Part shown: in pieces, positions 9,733-19,854 of the stretch
How the letters are laid out: the number at the start of each line of letters is the position of its first letter
Position numbering within the stretch: position 1 is the stretch's first letter
NCBI GenBank assembly: GCA_965207455.1
Contig: CBDBMJ010000001.1
Coordinates: forward strand, 608,001-672,000
DNA: 64,000 bases
Direction: 5' to 3'
Origin: Bdellovibrionota bacterium
GTDB taxonomy: Bacteria > Bdellovibrionota > UBA1018 > CAIPTA01 > JAALKR01
The notes under the pieces: generated by a model
Database searches by the model: none
What the model was told of the DNA's origin: nothing
Seen by the model: the letters and a program-made list of their open reading frames with translations, nothing else
Translations under genes and position numbers: made by a program

Positions 9733-9905
9733 TTTAGTGGAGACCTCCAATTAGATCGATGCATTAAGTTTATTTGAATTTCAAAGCTGTAAGCATCTAT
9801 TTTGCTTTTGACATACACCTTTTTGTGGGTTAATCTTTATCAGAGGTTATCAGAGATGGATTCTCAAAACATACAAAAATCCTTTATTTTCAATGGGTTA
9901 TATCT

Positions 9906-11244
9906 TTGAGTAGGGCAGAATGGGAGAGTTTCATTAGGAATGCCCTTGAAAACCGGCAATAGGCAAATGAGATAGATTTCAAGTACACCCTATCGGAAAA
10001 TAAGTCTCGTTTAAAAGAGCACATTAATGCCTTTGGGAATTCTAGTAATGGTGGCTGCTTTGTCTTTGGCATAAAGGACTTTAAACCTGAACCTAGGTCC
10101 AAGGCAAGTCAAGGTGAAGCAGTTAAAAGCATTACTATGCTGGCAAGGGATGGTCAGGAGCCACCTCTTAGTGTGGATATTTTTTACATAGAAATAAATA
10201 ATATTTCCATTCTTTGTATTCATATAGGTGCAGGTTTGTCAAAGCCAGTATTTATAAAAGGAAAAGACGTCTGGTCTGGAAAATCTTGTTTTAAGCGAAC
10301 AGGAGCGGCTACACTGCCTATGACGGAAAGTGAAATTCGACAATACTTAGCAACCAAAACCTATTACGATGAATCTCCTATTATTGATAGAGATATAAGC
10401 TTTCTATATCTTATCTGGTAACAAAAAAAATCCGCATATTACAGTAGCAGGTTGGCTTAGCTTTGCTAAAAATCCACAAAGCTATCGAGCATTTAAAAAT
10501 GCTTATATTGAAATACAAGTTTTTAATCGCACCACTCGAGCCAACCCTCTAAAGATGGTTTCTATACAGGGAACTCTACCAGATCAAATAAATGACTCCA
10601 TTGCATTTCTAATGCAGCATCAATGGACTATGCCAAGTATAGAGGGAGCAAAGCGAGTAGATGTTCCTGCATATTCAGAGAGTGTATTTCGTGAAATAAT
10701 CACAAACGCTATTGTACACAGAGACTATCAAAAAATGTACCAGCCTATTAAAATAGCGATATTTACCGACAGAATAGAAGTGGAAAGTCTAGGGGGGCTC
10801 CTTCCCGGACTAACACCTTTGAGCTTGATACATAAGAAGGAGTGGAGAAACCCCACACTGGCGAATCTTATGAAGAAATTGAAGTACGGAGAGATGGATG
10901 GTCAGGGTATTGCTCGCATTTATACTTTGAGTAGGAGATTGAAAGTACCTGGACCTAAATTTGTTGATCAAGATTCTTCTTTTAAGGTTATTCTAAGCGG
11001 GCCAAAAGATTTTCAGCAATTTACTTACGAAGAAAAACAACTCACCTTAATTATTATGCTTATTATCGATGATTTCATTAACAATGAGTCTATCCGGAAC
11101 GCATTTGGAATAACGAATGAACAGGCAGGAACTCTAATAAAGTCTACGTTAAAAGCAAATATCATTATCCCACGCAATAATAGTAGAAAATTTGCTAAAT
11201 ACGAACTTACACCACAATGGAGAGAGAAAATTTATGGGTCATAG
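9906..11244 (+). pseudogene. AlbA_2 (Schlafen-like) + HATPase_c_4/RecG-C-like + wHTH protein, disrupted
   Basis: Frame from 9906 gives ..NRQ*ANEIDFK..RLKEHINAFGN..GGCFVFGI (TAG at 9960-9962); frameshift near 10410 into ..ITVAGWLSFAKNPQ..; intact C-terminal half with FREIITNAIVHRDY, DRIEVESLGG and RNPTLA. Confidence 0.8.
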
Positions 11245-11264
11245 ATCCGTGGATCATGGTTTCA

Positions 11265-13559
11265 TCATGGTCTGGGTAGGTCTGTAACTAAGATGGGTGC
11301 TTTGCTACAGCTATCGCCACCACATCTTTGTGAAGTTGTGGCACCTAGTTGACCATATTTATTATATCCCCAGCATTTTGTAATACCGTTATTGGTAAGC
11401 GCACAGGTGTGGGGTCCTCCTAGGGAAATTTGACTCACATCCTGTAGCCCAGAAATTGTAACTGGTGTTGTCTTTTGGTATGTACTACCGTCCGATTGAC
11501 CTTTGTTATTATTCCCCCAGCATTTTATGGGACCGGTGTTGAGAGTTGCGCAGGTATGATCCCTTCCTAGGCTGATTTGATTCACATTGCTTAGGCTGGA
11601 GATTAACACTGCTGTTGGGCTATCTACTTTACTACCGTTACCCAATTGTCCGTAAAGGTTCCAGCCCCAGCATGTTGCACTACCATCATTGGTAACTGCG
11701 CAGGTGTGAGATACTCCTAAAGCAATTTGAGTAGTATTTGTTAAGCTAGTAACCACAACTGGTAGTGATTTGTCTTCCATACTATTATCACCCAGTTGAC
11801 CAAATTCATTTTTCCCCCAGCATTTTGCTGTACCATCATTAAGAACTGCACAAGTGTGTGATTCTCCCAATGAAATTTGACTTACATTGGATAAACCAGT
11901 GACTGTAACGGGTGACTTTTTATTTATTTCACTATCATCGCCCAATTGTCCATTAAAGTTATTTCCCCAGCAACTCACAGTGCCGTCGCTGATAAGTGCG
12001 CAACTGTGTTGCCCGCCTAAAGCAACTTGACTCACACTGGTTAAACCAGTAACCGTAACTGGTGTTAATTTATCTCCTGTAGTATTATCCCCCAATTGCC
12101 CAAGGCTATTATCTCCCCAGCACTGTACAGTGCGATCACTTAAAAGTGCGCAACTGTGATCCGTTCCTGAGGAGATTTGATTTACATTGGATAAACCAAT
12201 AACGGTAACCGGGTCTACTTTGTCTGTTGTGGTGTCATCACCTAACTGACCTTTGTTATTATATCCCCAGCACTGTACTGTACTGTCATTGATAAGTGCG
12301 CAGCTATGATTATATCCCAAGGCAATTTGTGTGGGGAAAGTATATGGGGTTGAATAATTATCGATGATAATTGGCGTTGTGCTACAGGAATCTCCATCAC
12401 ATGTTTCTGTAGTTACGGCACCTAATTGTCCATTGTAATCCCAACCCCAGCATTGTACGGTTCGGTTTTTTAACAATGCACAAGTGTGTTCTCTGCCTAA
12501 GGAAATTTCATTTACATTGAGTAAATCAGGAACTAAAACTGGCTCTAGTTTTCTATCAATAGTGCTGTCGCCCAGTTGTCCTGATGGATTAAAGCCCCAG
12601 CATATTGTATTACTATCAGTCAAAACTGCGCAAGCGTGGGAATCTCCTAGGTCAATTTGAGTGGCATTGAGTATATTGGAAACTGGATTTATTGTCAGTT
12701 TATTGATAACAGTACCATCACCCAACTGTCCATTTTCATTCGAACCCCAGCACTGTATGGTGCCATCATTGATTAGCGCACAAGTGAAAAATTCTCCTAA
12801 AGCAATTTCTCTTACATTGGATAAACTAGTAACCACAGTTGGTGTGTGTCTATCGGCTGTTGTGGCATCACCTAATTGTCCAAAGCCATTATATCCCCAG
12901 CATGCAGCAGTTCCATCTATAAAAACAACACAGGTGTGGGAATTTCCCAAAGCAATTTGTTTCACATTACTTAAACCAGAAACTTCAAGTGGTGTTGATT
13001 TTTGGTCGGTGGTATTGTCGCCTAATTGTCCAGAATCATTTTTTCCCCAGCATTGTACGGTGCCATTATTAATGAGCGCACAACTGTGATCATCGCCTAA
13101 AGCAATTTCACGGACATTACTTAAACCGGGAACCGTAGCTGCCATTTCTTTGTCTACACCAGAGCCGTCGCCCAGTTGACCATAAAAATTATCTCCCCAA
13201 CATTTTACGGTGCGATCCTTTAACAGTGCACAAGTATGGTCTGAACCTAAAGCAACTTGACTTACATTCGTTAAATCAAGAACATTAACTGGCTCATGTC
13301 TTTCATATGCAGTACCATCACCCAACTGACCAACGCCGTTATCTCCCCAACATTTCACAGTGTGATCGCTGGAAAGTGCGCAGCTATGATTTCCCCCGGC
13401 GATGACTTGTGTAAGTACGGTTGTGGGAGATATTTCCACTGGTGGATTTAGTATGTCGCTACCGCATGCATTCAAAAAAATAAGTAAAAGTGGTACGCTG
13501 ATAAAGCGTAGCAGCAGACCTTCAAAACTCGTCGGTATACCCGATTTCTTGTAAACCAT
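11265..13559 (-). CDS. Lipoprotein with 14 RCC1 repeats (two 7-bladed propellers)
   Basis: Lipobox LNA|C; 14 xLGxxHTC..CWG..GQLG repeats; GGAGGG RBS before ATG 13559. Confidence 0.9.
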   Translation of the reverse strand: MVYKKSGIPTSFEGLLLRFISVPLLLIFLNACGSDILNPPVEISPTTVLTQVIAGGNHSCALSSDHTVKCWGDNGVGQLGDGTAYERHEPVNVLDLTNVSQVALGSDHTCALLKDRTVKCWGDNFYGQLGDGSGVDKEMAATVPGLSNVREIALGDDHSCALINNGTVQCWGKNDSGQLGDNTTDQKSTPLEVSGLSNVKQIALGNSHTCVVFIDGTAACWGYNGFGQLGDATTADRHTPTVVTSLSNVREIALGEFFTCALINDGTIQCWGSNENGQLGDGTVINKLTINPVSNILNATQIDLGDSHACAVLTDSNTICWGFNPSGQLGDSTIDRKLEPVLVPDLLNVNEISLGREHTCALLKNRTVQCWGWDYNGQLGAVTTETCDGDSCSTTPIIIDNYSTPYTFPTQIALGYNHSCALINDSTVQCWGYNNKGQLGDDTTTDKVDPVTVIGLSNVNQISSGTDHSCALLSDRTVQCWGDNSLGQLGDNTTGDKLTPVTVTGLTSVSQVALGGQHSCALISDGTVSCWGNNFNGQLGDDSEINKKSPVTVTGLSNVSQISLGESHTCAVLNDGTAKCWGKNEFGQLGDNSMEDKSLPVVVTSLTNTTQIALGVSHTCAVTNDGSATCWGWNLYGQLGNGSKVDSPTAVLISSLSNVNQISLGRDHTCATLNTGPIKCWGNNNKGQSDGSTYQKTTPVTISGLQDVSQISLGGPHTCALTNNGITKCWGYNKYGQLGATTSQRCGGDSCSKAPILVTDLPRP

Positions 13560-13689
13560 TTTCTTCACCCTCCATAGTTGAACAAACCTCACCTTTCAAT
13601 GATAGTTTATTTTTCCGTTAACGGAAAAGTAATAATGCAAAAAGTGTATATTTTTGACTAAATAGCCCAGAAAGATGCTAGAAAGATGC

Positions 13690-14304
13690 TTATTGAGAAA
13701 CCTTACAAAGCATTTTTGTTTTCCCATGGGCCTCTACCAACTCTTCCCAAGAGGCATCCCTGCCCACAGAATCTTTTATAAGTTTGAGGAATAATTCCAT
13801 GCAGACTTTTGTATCTGCCATTGCACGGTGAGCACCCTTCACGGTAATACCGTTAGTGGTGGCTAATTTTTCCAGTTTGTAGCTTGGCTCCGTCTTCCAT
13901 ACTCTTCGGGCCATTGTATAGGTATCGAGGACAGGACTTTGTTGCACGGGAAGTGGCGTCTGCTCGTTCTGAAAATGCAGAAAGCCTAAATCAAAACGTA
14001 CATTGTGACCCATGGGAACCGCTCCCTCAATAAAGCGGTAAAAAGCAGGTAACACTTGGTATATTTTAGGAGCATTGGCTACCATGGTACCGTCAATGCC
14101 GTGTATGTGGGTGGCTATTTTTGGAATGAGTCGCCCGGGATGGACAAGTGTTTGAAAATATTCCAGAGGACCTTGATTCAGACGGAAGCGAACAGCTGCA
14201 ATTTCAACAATAGCGTCGAACTTGGGACTAAAGCCCGTGGTTTCTGTATCAAAAGCAATAAAATCCATGGAATCAATGGGCGTTTGTGGTATTTGTGTAA
14301 TCAT
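13690..14304 (-). CDS. DEDDh 3'-5' exonuclease (DnaQ/PolC-like)
   Basis: FDTETTG, GHNVRFD and HRAMAD motifs. Confidence 0.9.
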   Translation of the reverse strand: MITQIPQTPIDSMDFIAFDTETTGFSPKFDAIVEIAAVRFRLNQGPLEYFQTLVHPGRLIPKIATHIHGIDGTMVANAPKIYQVLPAFYRFIEGAVPMGHNVRFDLGFLHFQNEQTPLPVQQSPVLDTYTMARRVWKTEPSYKLEKLATTNGITVKGAHRAMADTKVCMELFLKLIKDSVGRDASWEELVEAHGKTKMLCKVSQ

Positions 14305-14346
14305 TGGCTAACCATAAATTAGTTTTTCAATTCAAGGAACTATTTA

Positions 14347-15315
14347 ATGAATATTTTTATCACAGGTGGTACGGGTTTTTTAGGCGCCCATCTTGTGGAT
14401 GCGTTATTGGGCTTGGGCCATCGGGTGCGCATTGGACAACGGAACGTAGCGACACAATCAAACGCCAATTCCACTGAATACATACAGGCAGATATTCTCG
14501 ATAAAGACAGCCTAAGAGATGCTATGTCGGGGATAGACGCAGTCTTTCATGTGGCAGGTTTTGTCTCCTACGATCCAAGTAAGAACCAGCAGATGCATAA
14601 TGTAAATGTTTTGGGCACCAGAAATGTTGGAGAAATTGCCCTAGAACTGGGAGTAAAACGATTGGTGTATACCAGCTCTATTTCAGCCCTAGGAATTAAC
14701 ACAAACCCAAACATACAAATGAACGAAACCCATACTTTTAATGCTGAGTCTTCGGGCATGGCTTACTTCACTACAAAGTATGGAGCTGAGCAAGAACTGC
14801 ACCGCTTGAAATCCAAGGGCCTTGACTATGTGATCGTCAACCCTGGATCCATTTTAGGGCCTAAGGATAGTCGGAAAAAAAAGCAAGTCTATCCCGGTCT
14901 GATCCAAAGGCTCAACCCTCCATTCGCCATTCCGGGCGGAAACTCCTTTGTGGATATTGAGGATGCTGTTGCTGGACACCTATTGGCTTGGAAGAATGGG
15001 CGCTGTGGAGAACGCTATATTTTGGGAGGAGAGAACCTTACCCTAAGGGAGCTTATTGATCGCACGAATCGTATTCTTGGTCGACGGGAAACTCGCTTTT
15101 GCCTTCCTCCATGGCTCATGCCTTTACTGGCCCAAGGCGTGCGACTCGCTCGCTGGATGGGAAAACCCATAACAGTTACGCCAGAATTGATTCGGAATAT
15201 GGCCTCTTGGTATCTTTTTGTGGACTCCTCTAAGGCCACACAAGAACTAGGCTACACACCCCACTCCATAGATGGTGCTATTACTCGCACTTTGGAGTGG
15301 TTACGGGAAGAATAG
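14347..15315 (+). CDS. NAD-dependent epimerase/dehydratase (extended SDR, HpnA/DFR-like)
   Basis: ITGGTGFLG, YTSS, YxxxK (YFTTK) and GERYILGGENL motifs. Confidence 0.9.
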   Translation: MNIFITGGTGFLGAHLVDALLGLGHRVRIGQRNVATQSNANSTEYIQADILDKDSLRDAMSGIDAVFHVAGFVSYDPSKNQQMHNVNVLGTRNVGEIALELGVKRLVYTSSISALGINTNPNIQMNETHTFNAESSGMAYFTTKYGAEQELHRLKSKGLDYVIVNPGSILGPKDSRKKKQVYPGLIQRLNPPFAIPGGNSFVDIEDAVAGHLLAWKNGRCGERYILGGENLTLRELIDRTNRILGRRETRFCLPPWLMPLLAQGVRLARWMGKPITVTPELIRNMASWYLFVDSSKATQELGYTPHSIDGAITRTLEWLREE

Positions 15316-15446
15316 TAGAAGAGTAGAGGAGGGTATGCGGGCAGTGTCATTTCCGGTGCTCTAAGGTAAGCGTAAGCCTCCCTATTTTAAACAAAGTAAG
15401 CCATATATTTCATGCAGTAGTGTATAAAATACGATATACCTTTTTC

Positions 15447-17081
15447 ATGCTACGTTTTTCAGAATTTCCTCTTCACGCCTCTTTGTTAAAAAATATTGAA
15501 GCCATGGGATTTACTGAGGCTACAACGATACAGGAGGAGGTCATTCCCCATGCTTTGGCTGGGAAGGATGTTTCTGGTTTGTCTCGTACTGGAACGGGGA
15601 AGACTTGTGCTTTTCTGATTCCCGTTATTCAGCGTCTTTTGGATTTGCCTCCCCATGCTTGCGTTCTTTGTTTAACTCCCACGAGGGAGTTAGCCCTTCA
15701 GATTGAAAAGGAAGCAATAGAGTTGAGCAAGGGCATGAGCTTTCAGGTGGTTTCTTTGGTGGGGGGGATGCCGCTCAATCAGCAGGTGGAGCAGTTGCGT
15801 ACAGGTGCCCGTCTCATTGTTGGTACTCCAGGTAGAGTGATGGATCATATTCGTAGTCGAACCTTAGTTGCCAGTGATATTTCTATTCTTATTTTCGACG
15901 AGGCTGATCGTATGTTTGACATGGGCTTTATCGACGATATGAAATTTATTCTTCAAAAGGTCGACCCCAAACGACAGGTGCTTCTCTTCAGTGCCACCTT
16001 AAATTTTTCCGTTCTCAACCTTGCCTATGAGTTTCATGTGGACCCGGTGGAAATAAATATTTCCAAGGACGAGATTACAGCTGAGGGAATCCAGCAATGT
16101 ATTTATCATGTTGGAGAGAATGAAAAGCCAGTGGCTTTGGTTGTCCTTTGTAAGCAGGTGGAAAAGGGAGGCATTATTGTTTTCGTGAACTACCGGGAGA
16201 AGGTATTTGGGGTGGCAGATCTGCTCAATGCCAATGGTATTCGGGCAAAAGGGATATCCAGCCTATTGCGTCAAGACAGGCGAAATCAAATTTTAAAGTC
16301 CTTTCGTGAGGGGGAATTTCAAGCCTTAGTGGCTACCGATGTGGCATCCCGTGGCTTGGATATTGACGATGTGAGGTTGGTGGTTAACTATCACCTTCCA
16401 GAGGAGGCTGCCAGTTATGTTCATCGAATTGGGAGAACAGCTAGGGCAGGGAAATCTGGTTTAGCTACTTCCATTGCAAGCTCTGAGGATGTATACAATC
16501 AGATGAGGATAGAGGAGTTTTTAGGAAAAAAAATTCCCATGGGTCAATTAAATGAAGAGGAATTATCTATGACAGTGGAGAGACCCCGTGGTGGAGACAG
16601 ATCAGGTCGCAGTGCGCGCCCCAATAGAGGAGGAGGAGATTCTACTCGCAGTCGTTCTTCGAGTCGTGATAATCGGGATAGCCGCGATAGCCGCGATAGC
16701 CGCGATAGCCGCGATAGCCGGCCTTTGAGCCGTGACAATCGGGATAGTCGTGATAGCCGTGATAGTCGTGATAGCCGTGATAGTCGGTCTTCAAGTCGTG
16801 ACAATCGAGACAGTCGAGACAGTCGAGGCGAGGGGCGTCCTCCCCCTAGGCGTAGCAGAGATGGGAATTCGAGCACCTATAGGGGTAGGGGCAGGAATGT
16901 GGGTCCACGTAGTGAACGCCCAAAAACGAAGACAACTCGTCCATCTGATGTAATTACAGGTTCTCCCGTTATTTATTGCACCCTTACAGGAAAGCCTAAG
17001 GCTAATCCTGTAAATGCTCCTCAAAAAGAAGAAGGCAATATTTTAAAGAAATTTGTAAATTCCATATTTAGTAAAAAATAA
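15447..17081 (+). CDS. DEAD-box RNA helicase with Arg/Asp/Ser-rich C-terminal tail
   Basis: GTGKT, PTRELA, DEAD, SAT, SRGLD and HRIGRTAR motifs; start refined to ATG 15447. Confidence 0.95.
   Translation: MLRFSEFPLHASLLKNIEAMGFTEATTIQEEVIPHALAGKDVSGLSRTGTGKTCAFLIPVIQRLLDLPPHACVLCLTPTRELALQIEKEAIELSKGMSFQVVSLVGGMPLNQQVEQLRTGARLIVGTPGRVMDHIRSRTLVASDISILIFDEADRMFDMGFIDDMKFILQKVDPKRQVLLFSATLNFSVLNLAYEFHVDPVEINISKDEITAEGIQQCIYHVGENEKPVALVVLCKQVEKGGIIVFVNYREKVFGVADLLNANGIRAKGISSLLRQDRRNQILKSFREGEFQALVATDVASRGLDIDDVRLVVNYHLPEEAASYVHRIGRTARAGKSGLATSIASSEDVYNQMRIEEFLGKKIPMGQLNEEELSMTVERPRGGDRSGRSARPNRGGGDSTRSRSSSRDNRDSRDSRDSRDSRDSRPLSRDNRDSRDSRDSRDSRDSRSSSRDNRDSRDSRGEGRPPPRRSRDGNSSTYRGRGRNVGPRSERPKTKTTRPSDVITGSPVIYCTLTGKPKANPVNAPQKEEGNILKKFVNSIFSKK
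16665..16827 (+). repeat. 9-bp tandem repeats encoding (RDS)n in three blocks
   Basis: cgcgatagc / cgtgatagt / cgagacagt units; each block opens with RDNRDS. Confidence 0.9.
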
Positions 17082-17096
17082 GTTACTATAAAAGAG

Positions 17097-18767
17097 ATGC
17101 ACCAAGCGTCTGAACTACTTTTTATCTTATTTATACTGTCGGCCGCACTGTTGGCAGCCACCATTTTCCATAAGCTCAAGCAACCCACTCTTATTGGTTT
17201 TATTGTAGGAGGTATTTTTATTGGTCCCGGTGTTTTGGCTCTCGTTCCTTATAGCAAGGTGGAGATTTTAACTGAGATAGGTGTGGGTCTATTGATGTTT
17301 ACCATTGGTCTGGAGCTTTCGGTGCAAAAGCTCCTGCGGGTACGAACGGTGGCAATTTTGGGTGGCTGTATTCAAACCGCTTGTATTGTTATGGTTGTTT
17401 GGCTTTTGGGTAAGAGCTGGGGTTGGAGTAACGCGCAGTCCCTTACCGTTGGTTGCATTGTGGCCCTTTCGTCTACGGCTGTGGTATTACGTCTTTTGAC
17501 GGATCGTGGAGAGATTGGTTCCAGTCATGGAAATATTATAACAGGCACGCTTTTATTTCAGGACATTGTAGCCATTCCCATTTTGATGATTATTCCTCTC
17601 CTAGCCTCCCAGAAAACGATGAGTTGGGAGTTTCTCCTTCCCTTGCTTTTGAAGTTGCTGGTTTACGCTTTTTTATTATATGTGGTGGCTCGATTTTTCG
17701 TTTCTAAATTTCTAAGGGTCATTGCCCAAACCAATAGTAAGGAATTGTTTTCTATTGCTGTTTTATGTATTTGTTTGGGTGTGGCAGCCACGGCAGAGTT
17801 ATCTGGGCTGAACTTAGCGTTGGGTGCATTTTTAGCTGGGCTTATTATTAGTGAGGGTGATTTTAAAAATCAAGCTAAGTCGGAAATTCTTCCTTTAAAG
17901 GATACATTTAGTGCCATTTTTTTTGCTAGTCTTGGGATGCTTTTAAACCCATCCGTATTTCTCGATCATTGGTTTCTTTTGATTGTGGCTGTGCTTTTAG
18001 TTATAGGATTAAAAGCTACCGTTACTTTCGTTGTTGTATTTTTCTTTCGTTATCCTGTGAAAACAGCTTTAATGGTGGCGTTTGGAATTTCACAGATTGG
18101 AGAGTTTAGCTTTCTTATTTTAGTAACAGCTTTTCAGTCGAATATTATCGACTCTAATCTCTATCAACTACTTTTGGCCACAGCTTTAATGAGCATTGTT
18201 GCCACTCCTTATTTATTGAAATCGGCGCCTTGGTTGGCAAGAAAAATAGAGTTTTTAGAGAAGTTACAGTATTTTTCCAAAGAGATTGCTGTTAAAGAAA
18301 AGAAAAAAACGGACCATGTGATTGTTTGCGGGTATGGACCTACGGGTGTGATTGTGGCAAAGGAGTTACAGAGCACGGGAGTGGAAGTGGTATTTATCGA
18401 TCTCAACTATTCTGTGATAAAGAGTTTAAAAGCGAAAAATCATTGGGCAGTTTATGGGGATTGTTCTTCTCAAAAGGTATTGGATGCTGCCCATATTGAA
18501 GGAGCCGTTCTTTTGGTTCTAACTATTCCCGATCCCATTTCTATGCAGAATTCTGTTCTGAAGGTACGAGAGGCCTATCCTGATTTACCCATACTGGTTC
18601 GTGTGAAGTATGAGTCGGACAAGAAAAAATTGACTGCCTTGGGAGCTAGTGAAGTTGTTTGGGAGGAGTACGAAGCAGGTCATGAGCTTACGAAAAGAGC
18701 GCTTTCGAGGTTAAAGTTAGGAGAAGATGCAGTACGCGTCCATGATACTGCTTTATTATCCGAGTGA
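17097..18767 (+). CDS. CPA2 cation:proton antiporter with TrkA-N domain (YbaL/KefC-like)
   Basis: Many TM helices, LSSTAVV, FQDI, LGAFLAG, QIGEFSF; C-terminal IVCGYGPTG Rossmann motif. Confidence 0.9.
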   Translation: MHQASELLFILFILSAALLAATIFHKLKQPTLIGFIVGGIFIGPGVLALVPYSKVEILTEIGVGLLMFTIGLELSVQKLLRVRTVAILGGCIQTACIVMVVWLLGKSWGWSNAQSLTVGCIVALSSTAVVLRLLTDRGEIGSSHGNIITGTLLFQDIVAIPILMIIPLLASQKTMSWEFLLPLLLKLLVYAFLLYVVARFFVSKFLRVIAQTNSKELFSIAVLCICLGVAATAELSGLNLALGAFLAGLIISEGDFKNQAKSEILPLKDTFSAIFFASLGMLLNPSVFLDHWFLLIVAVLLVIGLKATVTFVVVFFFRYPVKTALMVAFGISQIGEFSFLILVTAFQSNIIDSNLYQLLLATALMSIVATPYLLKSAPWLARKIEFLEKLQYFSKEIAVKEKKKTDHVIVCGYGPTGVIVAKELQSTGVEVVFIDLNYSVIKSLKAKNHWAVYGDCSSQKVLDAAHIEGAVLLVLTIPDPISMQNSVLKVREAYPDLPILVRVKYESDKKKLTALGASEVVWEEYEAGHELTKRALSRLKLGEDAVRVHDTALLSE

Positions 18768-18952
18768 ATGGAAGCCTATAAATCACAGGTTCTGGCGTCC
18801 CTATCGTCAAAGCCAATAATAATTCCTGGATTGCCGCAGATTAAAGTAAATTGATCGTCTTCGATTGATTCAATACTTGCAAATATTAATATTTTTTGAT
18901 GATAATTGTATTCACTTACCTGCATGGAATCGAGTTATCAACAAGCTGCAAT

Positions 18953-19627
18953 CTACTTAATAAAATGCTCATAGGCAGCTTCATTAATCCTGGCAAAATA
19001 TTCATTTTTCTTTCGCTCCCTTCTTTTGGGACGAGTATGAAGAGAAAAAATATTATGCTTCATTGTAATCAAGCCAATATTCCATTGCTTGAAGGCATGA
19101 AGATTTCTTAGTGCTGGGGCTGCTCTATCCCCATCTAAAAGAACAAATGAGAAGTCTGAAAATTTTTGGTATCTCCTTGCCTGCTGTAGCGCTCTATCCC
19201 AGTTCTTGAGTTTTGCTTCAATAGAAATTACAGCGTCAGTGATTGGTTGGTATTCATTAACTACTCGGTAGCGATAAGCACCTGTATTGATAATAAATCC
19301 AGCATTTTTGTATTCCTTGATTCTGGCAAGAGCAGTCTTTCTGGAAAGGTCGTATGCACAAGAAAAATCAGATAGCGTAAAATTATGATTCTTTGTAAAA
19401 GACAATAAAGGAGCAAGCCAATTTAGGTTTATAGTGCGTCTCTGTGATCGTTTAGATAGATAAGGACGGTATGTTCCTAGAACAATATCTGCAACGCCAA
19501 AATAGCTATCAAATTCTTGGATAAGAAAATGACGAGAAACTGATTTATCCAGAAATTTTGAAAGAAACAATTTTGACTTAGATGCAAATGCAGAAACAAG
19601 CTCCTTTTCCTGATTAAACAATCTCAT
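18953..19627 (-). CDS. PD-(D/E)XK nuclease-fold protein with inserted winged-helix region
   Basis: E..GVADIV, then an HTH-like segment (LSRKTALARIKEYKNAGFI), then IEAKLKNWDRALQQARRY. Confidence 0.65.
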   Translation of the reverse strand: MRLFNQEKELVSAFASKSKLFLSKFLDKSVSRHFLIQEFDSYFGVADIVLGTYRPYLSKRSQRRTINLNWLAPLLSFTKNHNFTLSDFSCAYDLSRKTALARIKEYKNAGFIINTGAYRYRVVNEYQPITDAVISIEAKLKNWDRALQQARRYQKFSDFSFVLLDGDRAAPALRNLHAFKQWNIGLITMKHNIFSLHTRPKRRERKKNEYFARINEAAYEHFIK

Positions 19628-19637
19628 AACCTCCCTT

Positions 19638-19832
19638 TTACTTCTTAAAAAATTTTATTGGAAGAACTTTCTTGATCATGGCCTCAATTGTAGTTGACTC
19701 CTTGTGATTGTGTTTTTTGCACCAAGCCGAAAGTGCTTGCTTGGTGCTTTGAGAAAGAGTGAAATTGTATCTCATCTTCCTGTCCTGAGGCTTTTTGAGT
19801 TCTTCTAAGACTTGTTCTTCACAGGATTTCAT
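19638..19832 (-). CDS. Small ribbon-helix-helix-like regulator
   Basis: RKMRYNFTLS beta-strand then two helices; own sigma70 promoter; GGAGG RBS links it to the downstream gene. Confidence 0.55.
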   Translation of the reverse strand: MKSCEEQVLEELKKPQDRKMRYNFTLSQSTKQALSAWCKKHNHKESTTIEAMIKKVLPIKFFKK

Positions 19833-19854
19833 CTTTTTATACACACTTTATATA

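Noticed and set aside
9960..9962. In-frame TAG as evidence of recoding or pyrrolysine
   Set aside because: The same gene has a frameshift, and TAG terminates intact genes such as proS and queF.
12661..13089. Antisense and alternate-frame ORFs in the track (e.g. 12661-13089, 16544-16876, 39780-40289, 59420-59839)
   Set aside because: They are shadows of well-supported genes with no independent motifs.
802..13559. Diversity-generating retroelement or shufflon acting on the adhesins
   Set aside because: No reverse transcriptase, no adenine-specific template/variable repeat pair, no recombinase and no silent C-terminal cassettes are visible.
16665..16827. CRISPR-like array
   Set aside because: 9-bp tandem coding repeats without spacers; no cas genes.
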